Below are positions 51,031 to 60,640 of a stretch of DNA of 64,000 nucleotides, piece by piece. The position numbers were made by a program, and so were the translations under genes. The notes beneath the pieces are model-generated. The model was not told the origin of the DNA. It saw nothing but the letters and a program-made list of their open reading frames with translations, and did no database searches. The stretch is taken from positions 1,282 to 65,281 of the forward strand of contig JALNZC010000009.1 of assembly GCA_023229525.1 (NCBI GenBank), given 5' to 3'. Position 1 is the first letter of the stretch. Each line of letters starts with the position of its first letter. This DNA is from Bacteroidales bacterium (GTDB lineage Bacteria > Bacteroidota > Bacteroidia > Bacteroidales > FEN-979).

Positions 51031-52281
51031 TTACTGTTTCATGCTTTTCGAAAGCTTTTTAATGGCATTTTCGATAGAATTGTCCGGTTCAATGATATTA
51101 TTCTCACCCCAGAAATCAACATCAGTAAACGCCTGAACTTTATCGGTAAAAACCATGTTCGACCTGAAAATTTCAGGATTCCCAAATTTAACGATATTAT
51201 CCGCTCGCCTGTCGGTAATGGCTAACTCCGATACCACGGTATAGTAATTTTTAAATAGTCGTCTCTTCCAGTCGCAACGGAATTTCAGTTCGACGCGCAC
51301 ATAGTCGAGATAGTATTTACCGTTTTGTTCTTTATAGGTCACGAGGTAGCCGGTCGAAGTGGGCATAAAGATCAATCCCATTGGTTTTTTCTGAACAAAA
51401 AAGCCCGATGCTTTGTCTTCATCACTGAGGTCGAGGCTGAATTCAGCCCGGGTAATTGCCATGTTATCCTGCTCGATGTATAGCTTTCCAAAATAAAGGG
51501 GTTGTTCTTTTATCATATTGGGTGAAAAATTAATCACCCAGTTCAACTTATTATCAATATTGACTACCGACCCGAATTCGAATTGGTAGTTATCAAGATT
51601 ATCCAAAGCGATGCTCAGACCGGTATTTTTAACAATGTCAAGCAGCATCGAGACTTGCGGACCACCCTGAAGCTGAACCATAAGGGTATCGGCTTTTTTC
51701 ACATTGGAGGCCTTACGGCCTTTGAAAATTTTCACCTTGTCATTCTGGAAACTTAAATAAGGAGCATTGTAAATATTGACCACCGCTTCGGAAACTGAAA
51801 GATAAGCCCGGCGGTGCCTGATGGACTCCCGATAGAAGCCGGTCATCATGTTGGGCACCTGGCTGTAATTCTTTTTAATGTTCTCGAGAGCCACTTCCAC
51901 AATCTCGCGTGGATCTTTAAACACTACGGATATCTCCTGCAAATTGATAGGCCGGATCTCCAGAAGGTATGTTTTTTCTTTTTCAACTCCTTCGCTGATC
52001 ATAAACCTTGTAGTTGCATACCCCAGGTGCGATACTTCAAAGTATTCGGCATTGAGCGATGTATTCACTTTTAAAGTGAAATCCCCGTCAGCATTTGATA
52101 CGGTTCCGATTCCCGTGTTGGGAATGGTAATTGAGGCATAACTGATTTTTTCACCGGTTTTGGCATCCTTCAATGTTCCAGTAACGGTAACAAATATGCT
52201 TTGCGCTGAAGTTGCACCACATGCAGCAAAAAGCAGGAATAACATACCTGACCGGATCAGGTTTTGATAGAATGTTTTCAT
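51031..52281 (-). CDS. Carboxypeptidase-regulatory-like domain protein, paralog of 47837-49456 without STN
   Basis: GTVSNADGDF..SHLGY; shared FYRE..Y.S.SEAV, GG....LDIVK, FWG..N.I.P. Confidence 0.82.
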   Translation of the reverse strand: MKTFYQNLIRSGMLFLLFAACGATSAQSIFVTVTGTLKDAKTGEKISYASITIPNTGIGTVSNADGDFTLKVNTSLNAEYFEVSHLGYATTRFMISEGVEKEKTYLLEIRPINLQEISVVFKDPREIVEVALENIKKNYSQVPNMMTGFYRESIRHRRAYLSVSEAVVNIYNAPYLSFQNDKVKIFKGRKASNVKKADTLMVQLQGGPQVSMLLDIVKNTGLSIALDNLDNYQFEFGSVVNIDNKLNWVINFSPNMIKEQPLYFGKLYIEQDNMAITRAEFSLDLSDEDKASGFFVQKKPMGLIFMPTSTGYLVTYKEQNGKYYLDYVRVELKFRCDWKRRLFKNYYTVVSELAITDRRADNIVKFGNPEIFRSNMVFTDKVQAFTDVDFWGENNIIEPDNSIENAIKKLSKSMKQ

Positions 52282-52403
52282 GGCTAATGGTTCTTTAGGT
52301 TCAGGATTTCGATTGGTTATATCTGTAAGATACTTCAGAATGAAAATACCCTATGGGATTTGTGTTTTTATTTTCCTGTACTTTGCAATAAAATATTCTG
52401 ACC

Positions 52404-53645
52404 ATGAAAAAAATCATTTTTGCAATCTCAGCGATTATTATTGCAACGGCAGCATACCCCCAGCAGCCAAAGACCCCGGGGATCATGAAGGAAGGAAAAC
52501 CTGGTTATTTCCAGAATACGATCATGAAGGATGTCCGGGCAGTTGATGAAGGGACTGGACCCGCTAAAAAAGAAAAACGATTCCAGGCCGACCTTAGCGG
52601 GATGAGTTTTCCGAACAAAGTCAGCTTATATCAGAAAGAATGGCATCTTCCACCTGTATCCCAAGGAAATACCAACACCTGCTGGTGCTTTTCAACCACA
52701 TCCTTTTTTGAATCGGAAGTACACCGGCTGACAGGCCAGGATGTCAAGCTTTCCGAAATGTATACGGTTTACTGGGAATATGTGGAACGGGCCAAAAGGT
52801 TTGTTTCGGAACGCGGGAATTCAGCCTTTTCCGAAGGTTCTGAGGCCAATGCCGTGATCCGTGAGTTTAAAAAATACGGGATAGTCCCGAAAGAGGTATA
52901 CACAGGAATGGAACCCGGCCGTAAATTCTACACCCATGAAAAAATGTTCAAAGAACTCAGCCAGTACATGGAGAATGTAAAGAACACGAATGGTTGGGAT
53001 GAATCCCAGGTTGTTTCCACGGTGAAGAGCATTATGAACCATTACATGGGCGTTCCCCCCGAATCATTTGAATGGAAAGGGACACGGTATACGCCCAAAG
53101 AATTTCTTTCGGAATACCTGAAGCTGCAAATGGATGATTATATTGACATTCTTTCCTATCTCCAGCAACCTTTCTGGCAAAAAGTGGAATACGAAGTGCC
53201 GGATAACTGGTGGCATAGCAAGGAGTATTACAACGTACCCCTGGAGGATTATATGAATGCCCTTAAAAATGCCATCAAAAATCGCTATACCGTGGCGATC
53301 GGGGGCGATGTATCCGAAGCAGGATTCAGCCGTGAGGCACAGGTGGCCCTGATCCCGACTTTTGACATTGCCGTCGCCGACATCGATGACAACGCAAGGC
53401 AATTCAGGTTCTCGAACAACACCACAACCGATGACCACGGGATGCACCTGGTAGGCTGGTACGAAAAAGACGGGACCGACTGGTACCTGATCAAGGATTC
53501 GGGATCGGGTTCAAGGAATAACGATGAGGCATCGCCGGAATTCGGGTATTATTTCTTCCGCGGAGATTACATAAAGCTGAAGATGATGGATTTTTTAGTG
53601 CACAAAGATGCAGTGAAGGAGCTGATCGGGAAATTCGGGAAATAG
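52404..53645 (+). CDS. Second C1B cysteine aminopeptidase
   Basis: QGNTNTCWCFS, TTDDHGMHLVG, IKDSG. Confidence 0.9.
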   Translation: MKKIIFAISAIIIATAAYPQQPKTPGIMKEGKPGYFQNTIMKDVRAVDEGTGPAKKEKRFQADLSGMSFPNKVSLYQKEWHLPPVSQGNTNTCWCFSTTSFFESEVHRLTGQDVKLSEMYTVYWEYVERAKRFVSERGNSAFSEGSEANAVIREFKKYGIVPKEVYTGMEPGRKFYTHEKMFKELSQYMENVKNTNGWDESQVVSTVKSIMNHYMGVPPESFEWKGTRYTPKEFLSEYLKLQMDDYIDILSYLQQPFWQKVEYEVPDNWWHSKEYYNVPLEDYMNALKNAIKNRYTVAIGGDVSEAGFSREAQVALIPTFDIAVADIDDNARQFRFSNNTTTDDHGMHLVGWYEKDGTDWYLIKDSGSGSRNNDEASPEFGYYFFRGDYIKLKMMDFLVHKDAVKELIGKFGK

Positions 53646-53876
53646 CGGGAATTGGACCGGCAAAGGTAAGAGGGTAGGCATAGACGTACCGAAGCTGGAT
53701 TTCTGTACAAATACCTGTTGCGAAGTGAGAACTGATCTTCAAAAAGGCAAGTGACTTCTTTGAATTTATGGCGTTTGTTGGTTTCGCTGTCGTCGCCGAA
53801 ATGAATCAAAAAATTAATTTAATTTGGCAGACAGAATTCTTAAGGTTCTGCAAAATTTAATCAGAAACCAATCCAA

Positions 53877-54944
53877 ATGGCTTTAAAAATATCAGAAAGG
53901 TCCTATCTTCTTGAGATTGCTAAAATAACCGGAATTGTATTATGGTACCTATTAACCTCTGTAAGTTGGATAGTAACACCCAAGGAGAATATAACCGTAA
54001 GTCAGATATTATTGATCAGGCTTTCCCAAGCCCTGGCCGGTTATATCATTATAAGTTTGTGTTATAAGCTTTTCAACATCCTGGATAAAAAGTCAATATT
54101 ATCGAAAAGATCGTTTATTTTCATCCTGTTCCCGCTTTGTTGCATTGTTTCGTTTTTCTGGAATATTTTAAGCGATACCATAGGATGGCTTTTCAAATTC
54201 AACGATCTGGATCTATTCAGTAACTTTTTCTTTATAAGTACTTTTTTTTACCTGATCCCTGCTTTGGCATTTACAGTATTATACTATGCGATAAATCATT
54301 GGCTTAAGTTCAAAATTCAAAGTGAAAAAGCATTAATAGCAACCAACCTGGCGAATGAAGCCCAATTACAAATGCTCAGGTATCAGATAAATCCGCATTT
54401 CCTGTTCAATGCTTTAAATACCATTCGTCTGAAGGTTGAGGAAGATAAAGATGTAGCCCGCAAAATGATCACGGAGCTGGCCAATTTTTTCCGCTTTTCC
54501 TTATCTCAGAAGGAGAATGTGGTTTCTTTTGAAAATGAGATTAAAGCAATTAAAAATTACCTTGAAATTCAAAAAATACGCTTCGAAGAGAAACTGCAGG
54601 TCATTTATGATATTGACGAAAAAGTGAACGAAGCTGAATTACCCTTCTATATTGTGCTGCCGCTTATTGAAAACGCCATTAAATATGGCTTACAGACCAG
54701 CAGTATGCCATTAATCATAAAAATAATCGCGAAGCTCAACAGCCATTTAACGATCTGCGTTCAAAATACCGGTAAATTAATCTCGATTGCGGATAGTGCA
54801 GAAAGCACAAAAACCGGCCTTATGAATATCAGAAAAAGACTTGAACTTTGTTACCCCGGTAATTTTTCATTCGAAATATCTGAGAAAGACTCCTGGGTGA
54901 CAGCAGAAATTATTATCAAAGATTTATCAAATTGTTCCTTCTGA
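53877..54944 (+). CDS. LytS/YehU-family sensor histidine kinase
   Basis: TM region; LRYQINPHFLFNALN, PLIENAIKYG, TGLMNIRKRL. Confidence 0.93.
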   Translation: MALKISERSYLLEIAKITGIVLWYLLTSVSWIVTPKENITVSQILLIRLSQALAGYIIISLCYKLFNILDKKSILSKRSFIFILFPLCCIVSFFWNILSDTIGWLFKFNDLDLFSNFFFISTFFYLIPALAFTVLYYAINHWLKFKIQSEKALIATNLANEAQLQMLRYQINPHFLFNALNTIRLKVEEDKDVARKMITELANFFRFSLSQKENVVSFENEIKAIKNYLEIQKIRFEEKLQVIYDIDEKVNEAELPFYIVLPLIENAIKYGLQTSSMPLIIKIIAKLNSHLTICVQNTGKLISIADSAESTKTGLMNIRKRLELCYPGNFSFEISEKDSWVTAEIIIKDLSNCSF

Positions 54945-54952
54945 CGACCTGA

Positions 54953-55684
54953 ATGAAACAAGTACATGCCATTATTGTTGATGATGAACGACCGGCGCGC
55001 AAAGAATTAATGTTTTTATTGAAAGCCTTTCCGGAAATCGAAGTCATAGGGGAATCTGATAACATTAATGGAGCGGTTGATCTCATACAAAACCGTAAAC
55101 CGGATGTTGTGTTTTTAGATATCCAGCTTGCAGGAGAAAATGGTTTTGAGTTGCTGGAGAAAGTGAGTGATGATTTTAAACTGATCTTTGTCACTGCTTA
55201 CGATGAATATGCCATCAGGGCCTTTGAAGTAAATGCCACTGATTACCTGCTGAAACCCGTTGATCCGGAAAGACTTGAAATTTCGATAAAAAGAATTACA
55301 GGCAAACCCGTTAATTCTCAACCCAAAAGGAAATCATTTGAATATAGTGACCTGATATATGTAAAACTGAGCAATAATTTTTCCAGGTTCATAAAACTGA
55401 ATTCTGTAATTGCTTTTATTTCCCTCGGAAATTATACGAAAATTCTTGCCGGTGACGGCAAAACCTATATTGTTCTGAAAACATTGAAGCAATGGGAAGA
55501 AGAATTACCCCAAAAACATTTTTTAAGGATCCATCGCTGTTCAGTCATCAACCTTGAATATATCCAAAAGATTGAAAAATACTCACGCAGCTGCCACAGG
55601 GTCCATATGTTGAATTTACATGATCCTATAGAAGTAAGCAGGAGTTGTGCGTCAAAACTAAAATCCATCCATGAGATAAAATAA
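54953..55684 (+). CDS. LytTR response regulator
   Basis: IVDDE, FLDIQ, FVTAYDEYA, DYLLKP, FLRIHR. Confidence 0.95.
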   Translation: MKQVHAIIVDDERPARKELMFLLKAFPEIEVIGESDNINGAVDLIQNRKPDVVFLDIQLAGENGFELLEKVSDDFKLIFVTAYDEYAIRAFEVNATDYLLKPVDPERLEISIKRITGKPVNSQPKRKSFEYSDLIYVKLSNNFSRFIKLNSVIAFISLGNYTKILAGDGKTYIVLKTLKQWEEELPQKHFLRIHRCSVINLEYIQKIEKYSRSCHRVHMLNLHDPIEVSRSCASKLKSIHEIK

Positions 55685-55705
55685 TTCAGATTACCTCCCG
55701 GTAAT

Positions 55706-55736
55706 ACTGCTCATCAGTTTTTTCAACCGTCCATCA
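55706..55736 (+). promoter_or_regulatory. Putative LytTR binding direct repeat
   Basis: ACTGCTCATCA...ACCGTCCATCA, period 20 nt, directly after the LytTR gene. Confidence 0.5.
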
Positions 55737-55793
55737 CAATTTTCTATTTACCCCGGATCGCTTTTCATTATTTTGAAGTCTGAACATTCAAAC

Positions 55794-55996
55794 ATGAAGA
55801 ACTCCTTTTTTCAATTCTTTTCCTGGTATTATTAAGCAACGGTTTCATACAATCAATACCACCGGACAGTTTGTATCCGGGTCAAACCCCGCCGGGAGAT
55901 TCTGCCATTGTTTTTGCTCCGGGAACCATATCTCTTCCGGACCGGAGAGAAACAAAAATAGTTTTTTCCCCGGATGGTTTGTTGATGATGATTTAA
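55794..55996 (+). pseudogene. Remnant of a PD40/TolB-like exported protein
   Basis: With one extra A near 55800 it reads MKKLLFSILFLVLLSNG..YPGQTPPGDSAIVFAPGTISLPDRRETKIVFSPDG, followed by a premature stop. Confidence 0.7.
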
Positions 55997-56045
55997 TTGT
56001 CAATAAGATTTGTACACGATAGAACCAGATATTTATTCAAAACAG

Positions 56046-57356
56046 ATGAAAAAAATAATTTGTATCCACTCATTTATCCTGCTAAACTCGATTCTGGGTC
56101 TTTCATTATCATTAAAAACACAGGCCCAGGATTTTCAAATCAACTTTGCCGGATCAGGTGCAAGTTCAACCGTTGATTCAGTAAAAGTGGAAAATCTTAC
56201 ACAATGTAAATCTATTTCCATCGGGGGATCCGATATTTTGCATCTCATAGCAAATGTCGGAATAAAGGATATAATTACTCCTGATGCAAAATTTCTGCAG
56301 GTCTTTCCGAATCCAACCAATAGTGATTGTTTGTTGCAATTCGAAACGTATGAAAAAAATGAAGTCACGATTTCACTTTACGGTTTAAATGGTAAAATAA
56401 TTTTCAGGAATAAGGAAGTATTACCTCGGGATTATCATTCATATTTACTCAGCGGGATCAGCAGCGGAACATTTTTTATTAAAGTTGAAACAGACAAATA
56501 TTCTTATGTTGAGAAATTAATCTGCAATAACAGGTCTTCCTCCTTAACTGAAATTAAAATAACAGAAACCACCCCTGTTTCCGGTAATAACAATTCAAAT
56601 TATGATTTAAAAAAGCCGGTCAGGTTAAAAAATGATCATTCAATAATTGAAATGCAATTTACGACCGGAGATATGTTAAAATTCACTGGAATATCAGGAC
56701 TCTATCGTACCGTTCATATGCTTGTTCCCACTCAAAGTCAGACTCTTGATTTCATTTTCACCGGATGTGTCGATGCCGACAACAACAGCTATCCGGTAAT
56801 ACAAATAGGAACACAATTATGGATGGCCGAAAACCTGAAAACGACCAGATACCGCAACGGTGATATCATCCCGGATATCATCAGTAATGCTGCATGGGCC
56901 AATCTCCTTACAGGTGCTTACTGCTGGTATAACAATGATTCGTCAGCAAATGCCCCTGTTTACGGCGCTTTATATAACTGGTATGCCATAAACGACAGCC
57001 GTAACATAGCTCCTGCCGGCTGGCATGTAGCATCGGATTCTGAATGGACAATATTATCTGACTGGCTCGGAGGTTCAGATTTTGCAGGTGGTAAGTTAAA
57101 AGATAAATGTTCGACACTATGGAATGATCCGAATACAGGAGCCACCAACGAAACCGGGTATACGGCGCTGCCTGGCGGTTACCGATTCCTTAACGGGACG
57201 TTTGATGAAAACAGGAACTGGGCTGTCTGGTGGTGTTCAACAAGCAGTTCTTCCTATGAAGCTCCAACCCGGGCGGCATTTAAGGATGGCGAAGACCTGG
57301 GGAGGGACCTCAGTAATAAAAAAGACGGATTTGCGATCAGATGCATCAAAGATTAA
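56046..57356 (+). CDS. FISUMP (Fib_succ_major) domain protein with an internal T9SS-CTD-like domain
   Basis: VFPNP..SGTFFIKV; IGTQLWMAENL.TTRYRNGD, YGALYNWYA, P.GWHV, GF.IRCIKD. Confidence 0.88.
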   Translation: MKKIICIHSFILLNSILGLSLSLKTQAQDFQINFAGSGASSTVDSVKVENLTQCKSISIGGSDILHLIANVGIKDIITPDAKFLQVFPNPTNSDCLLQFETYEKNEVTISLYGLNGKIIFRNKEVLPRDYHSYLLSGISSGTFFIKVETDKYSYVEKLICNNRSSSLTEIKITETTPVSGNNNSNYDLKKPVRLKNDHSIIEMQFTTGDMLKFTGISGLYRTVHMLVPTQSQTLDFIFTGCVDADNNSYPVIQIGTQLWMAENLKTTRYRNGDIIPDIISNAAWANLLTGAYCWYNNDSSANAPVYGALYNWYAINDSRNIAPAGWHVASDSEWTILSDWLGGSDFAGGKLKDKCSTLWNDPNTGATNETGYTALPGGYRFLNGTFDENRNWAVWWCSTSSSSYEAPTRAAFKDGEDLGRDLSNKKDGFAIRCIKD

Positions 57357-57373
57357 TATGCACCTCCTCCACT

Positions 57374-58807
57374 TTACTCCCCGCTAAAAATCACCCTCAC
57401 CCTCCCCTCAAACACAAAATACGCTTTCACCGATTGAGGGGTGATTTGAATCTTTTCGGGCTCCAGTTTTTCAATCGAGCCATTGATCCTGAAATTCTCG
57501 ACCGAGCGGTTCTCGCGCAGGGTGGCGGCGACCGATTCCCGGGCCGAACGCAACTGTTCACCTACCGGGAAAACCAGTTTGGTACGCAGCTTCTGCACCA
57601 GTCCCGAATGGAAGAGCCAGGAGGCCGTCTTCACGGCCACATTCTTAGTAGAGACTGAGAAATCAAGGTTATCCAGCTCTATCGTCAGCGAATCCTTATT
57701 GAACACAGGAACCCCCGCCAGGTAGATCGAGCCTTTCACCGTCCCTTCCACCGGAAGCTCAACGATCAGGTTATCCCCCTGCCCATAGATCGTGATATCT
57801 TTGACGATCACCTTGTAATTCTTAAAAGCCATGGTATAACCACGCATAGTCGTTCGCGCGAGCGAATTGATATAAGATAAAGGAATATCGAGGGAGATGT
57901 TGATATTAAACTGCCCGGGGAGGGCCGAAGTAATCCTGAGCGGAGGAAGCTCAGGGTTCACGGTATATGCCGGTTCCCGCCCCCAATACAGCTCGACCAG
58001 CGCCTTAAGCCCGAGCGAAGAGAGCATGTTCCCGTCTTTCCCCTGTATCGGCACGGAACTCAACTGGGCGGGGCTCAGTTTAAGCCAGAGCGAATCTCCC
58101 GGCGAGACCAGGAAAGGTTTCTGCAGCGCGATCCAGGCGTCACCCACGATCTTCCGCAGATCCACAGCCGATTTCACCGACTTATCGATCCCTTTGGCAA
58201 TAAAACCCAAGCTGCCTTTCAGCAGGACGTCAGATATCACCGGCAAAGGCAGCTGGAATCCGGCAAGGGTAACAGTCGGGGTGCTAATCCATTCATATCC
58301 GTCGGGGAGGGTCAGGGTCGAAAGGCTCCAGTCCCGGTTGATGTTCAGCTTCGTTTTGAACTTCAGCACGACCTCGGCATTCGCATCCGTGATGTCATAA
58401 AGGTCCAGACCAAAGATTCCCATATTGGTCCTTTTCTTCAGATAGATCTTCAAAGGCACGCGGTACGTCAGGAAATCATTTTCGAAACCCACATCGATGC
58501 TGTCCATCCTCGAAGCAAACAGCATCAGGTTATCCCTGTCGTTATCCTCAAAACTGGTATCGGCATAAAGCTGGCCCGTAAGCCTGCGGTTGACCAGTTT
58601 CTTCAGCTGCACTTTATTCACTTCCAGGGGAATATTGATGTTCGAATACTGCGGATGATATTCCGGTGCATCGTAACGTTCGGCTGGCTTCTCAACCCGG
58701 ATCGTCCTGCAACCGCCCCCGGCAAGCAGAACCAGCAGCACCGGCAAGACCCATTTCCACGAAATTCTTTTCAATTTCAATTTCTTCCAGCGCAGTTTAG
58801 CAAACAT
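57374..58807 (-). CDS. DUF4403-like lipoprotein
   Basis: Lipobox AGGGC; SNINIPL, GSIYL.G.P, beta-rich body. Confidence 0.7.
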   Translation of the reverse strand: MFAKLRWKKLKLKRISWKWVLPVLLVLLAGGGCRTIRVEKPAERYDAPEYHPQYSNINIPLEVNKVQLKKLVNRRLTGQLYADTSFEDNDRDNLMLFASRMDSIDVGFENDFLTYRVPLKIYLKKRTNMGIFGLDLYDITDANAEVVLKFKTKLNINRDWSLSTLTLPDGYEWISTPTVTLAGFQLPLPVISDVLLKGSLGFIAKGIDKSVKSAVDLRKIVGDAWIALQKPFLVSPGDSLWLKLSPAQLSSVPIQGKDGNMLSSLGLKALVELYWGREPAYTVNPELPPLRITSALPGQFNINISLDIPLSYINSLARTTMRGYTMAFKNYKVIVKDITIYGQGDNLIVELPVEGTVKGSIYLAGVPVFNKDSLTIELDNLDFSVSTKNVAVKTASWLFHSGLVQKLRTKLVFPVGEQLRSARESVAATLRENRSVENFRINGSIEKLEPEKIQITPQSVKAYFVFEGRVRVIFSGE

Positions 58808-59088
58808 AACACACTGATCTGCCGCCAGTTTAAAAGAAATGCAGGCAGGGTTTCATAACCTTCAGATCAACGCCGAAAATTACAAAAAACGATCCTTCCT
58901 CATACAAATAAATAAATCCTGAATGATTGACTGCGTATGAGGGAGTGGCAGCACCCCAACCCTACCCAGTTTTGCTACCTTGTTTGCAAATTTGGCAGGC
59001 TTTTTCCAGAGATCTTTCCTTCGACTTTCTTCCGTCATTCGTTCGTCTTTCATTCGTTCATCCTCTATGCTCCATTTTGGAATCAATT

Positions 59089-59165
59089 GGTATGAACCCC
59101 AGGGCAAGCCCTGGACCCGAATTCCGCCCCAATGGGCGGGGAATTAAACCCTTAAGCGATTAAAT
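59089..59165. repeat. REP/MITE-like double-hairpin element
   Basis: CCAGGGC-aa-GCCCTGG, then AATTCCGCCC-caat-GGGCGG(GG)AATT, then AAACCCTTAAGCGATTAAA. Confidence 0.5.
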
Positions 59166-59308
59166 AATGCTCGATATCATTACAAGTGGTATGTCAGGTA
59201 TTCCGAAATACCAACCCTGCTCAAAATTTGTTACCGGTTGAATTTCCACCGCTCCCCCATCCGCAGTCAATAAAAAGGAGCATTACAGGGAAGGGCGCTT
59301 TAAGCCGT

Positions 59309-60640
59309 TTATTGTATGGGCTTTCCTACCGAAATATTTAGCCTCACCAGGTTGATTGCGTAATCGATCCGGTCTTTCAGCAGGCTTACGCGGCTTTCCT
59401 CCAGGGCTGTCTCAGCATCAAGAAGGTCGAGGTTGGTAATGGCCCCGCTTTTGAAACTCACGACCGCCAGGTTCAGAGCTTCTTCGGCTTGCTTTACCTG
59501 CAGGCTGCCCTGGTCGATCTTCTTCAGTGAAGCCTGGAGGCTTACCTGGTTCTGGAAGACTTCAGTAGAGACGTTACGGGTGGTTTCTTCCAGGTCTTGT
59601 TTCGTCATGCTTATCTCCGAGCTGGCTATCTTCATGTTGTTTGTGTGGCGGGTGGCTTCGAAAACAGGTACTTTCAAACCAACGCCTCCTGCCCAGTTTA
59701 TCTGGAACTTGTTGAGGTCAGGGAAGTAGCCGTTCTTGAATCCCCCGTCAATAAAAGCACCTATGGAAGGGTTGTACTGAACTTTTACCGATTTCAGGTT
59801 CAGTTCGGCATGTTCCTGCCTCAGCCTTGCCATCACGAGTTCATAGCGGTGTTCCAGGGCGTATGTGATGAGGGAATCTGGTCTGATGCCGGGTTCTGTG
59901 GCAAGGAAACTACTCCTTACCTTTAACTGACCTGAGACAGGCCAGCCAAGCAGTGAATTCAGGATGGCTGTCTGGGTTTGCCTGGATGTCTCGATGTCGA
60001 CCTTTTGGTTCTCTGCATTGGAAAGCCTTACCTGGGTCGAAAGGACTTCGTACTGGGTCGATGACCCTGTTTCGGCCTTCTTTGTCACGAACGCCAGGTG
60101 TTTCTTCAGGGTGGCTATCTGTGTTTCCTTGATCTTGATAGCTTCCTGGAGGTAGATCAAGCTGTAGTATGATACGGAGGTTACCAGGGTGAGTTTCTGG
60201 CGGATGAGTTCCACATTCTTTTCCGACAGTTTTTTTGTGGACTCCTGCAGGCGGATGTTCCTCGCGGTCTTCTCAAAATCGTACAGGGTCTCGTAAACGC
60301 TCACTCCGGTATTGTAGTTGTTGTTGGGTGCAAAGTTGAAGTCGCCCAGGCCCGGGAAACTCACACTGGGAACGGGGTCGATGCGGGTATAACCGGCATC
60401 GGCTTCCACGACCGGGTAATAGCCTGAACGGGCTAGCCCAATGGCCGCTCCGGCTGCATTGATGGTTTCCTGTGCTTTGACTACTGTAGGATAGGACTGG
60501 AGCACGGTTTGCAGTATCTGCGGAAGGCTGAGTGAGTCATTGCCGGGTAACTGGGGATCGGTTTTGATCCCCTGTGCGGATGTCATCCGTAGTGAACCTG
60601 TAATTAAGAGAGTAGTGATAAGGCAAATTCTGAATTTCAT
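59309..60640 (-). CDS. TolC-family outer membrane efflux protein
   Basis: Signal peptide MKFRICLI (ATGA overlap with the upstream stop); A.SGYYP, FKSGAITNLDLLDAE. Confidence 0.9.
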   Translation of the reverse strand: MKFRICLITTLLITGSLRMTSAQGIKTDPQLPGNDSLSLPQILQTVLQSYPTVVKAQETINAAGAAIGLARSGYYPVVEADAGYTRIDPVPSVSFPGLGDFNFAPNNNYNTGVSVYETLYDFEKTARNIRLQESTKKLSEKNVELIRQKLTLVTSVSYYSLIYLQEAIKIKETQIATLKKHLAFVTKKAETGSSTQYEVLSTQVRLSNAENQKVDIETSRQTQTAILNSLLGWPVSGQLKVRSSFLATEPGIRPDSLITYALEHRYELVMARLRQEHAELNLKSVKVQYNPSIGAFIDGGFKNGYFPDLNKFQINWAGGVGLKVPVFEATRHTNNMKIASSEISMTKQDLEETTRNVSTEVFQNQVSLQASLKKIDQGSLQVKQAEEALNLAVVSFKSGAITNLDLLDAETALEESRVSLLKDRIDYAINLVRLNISVGKPIQ

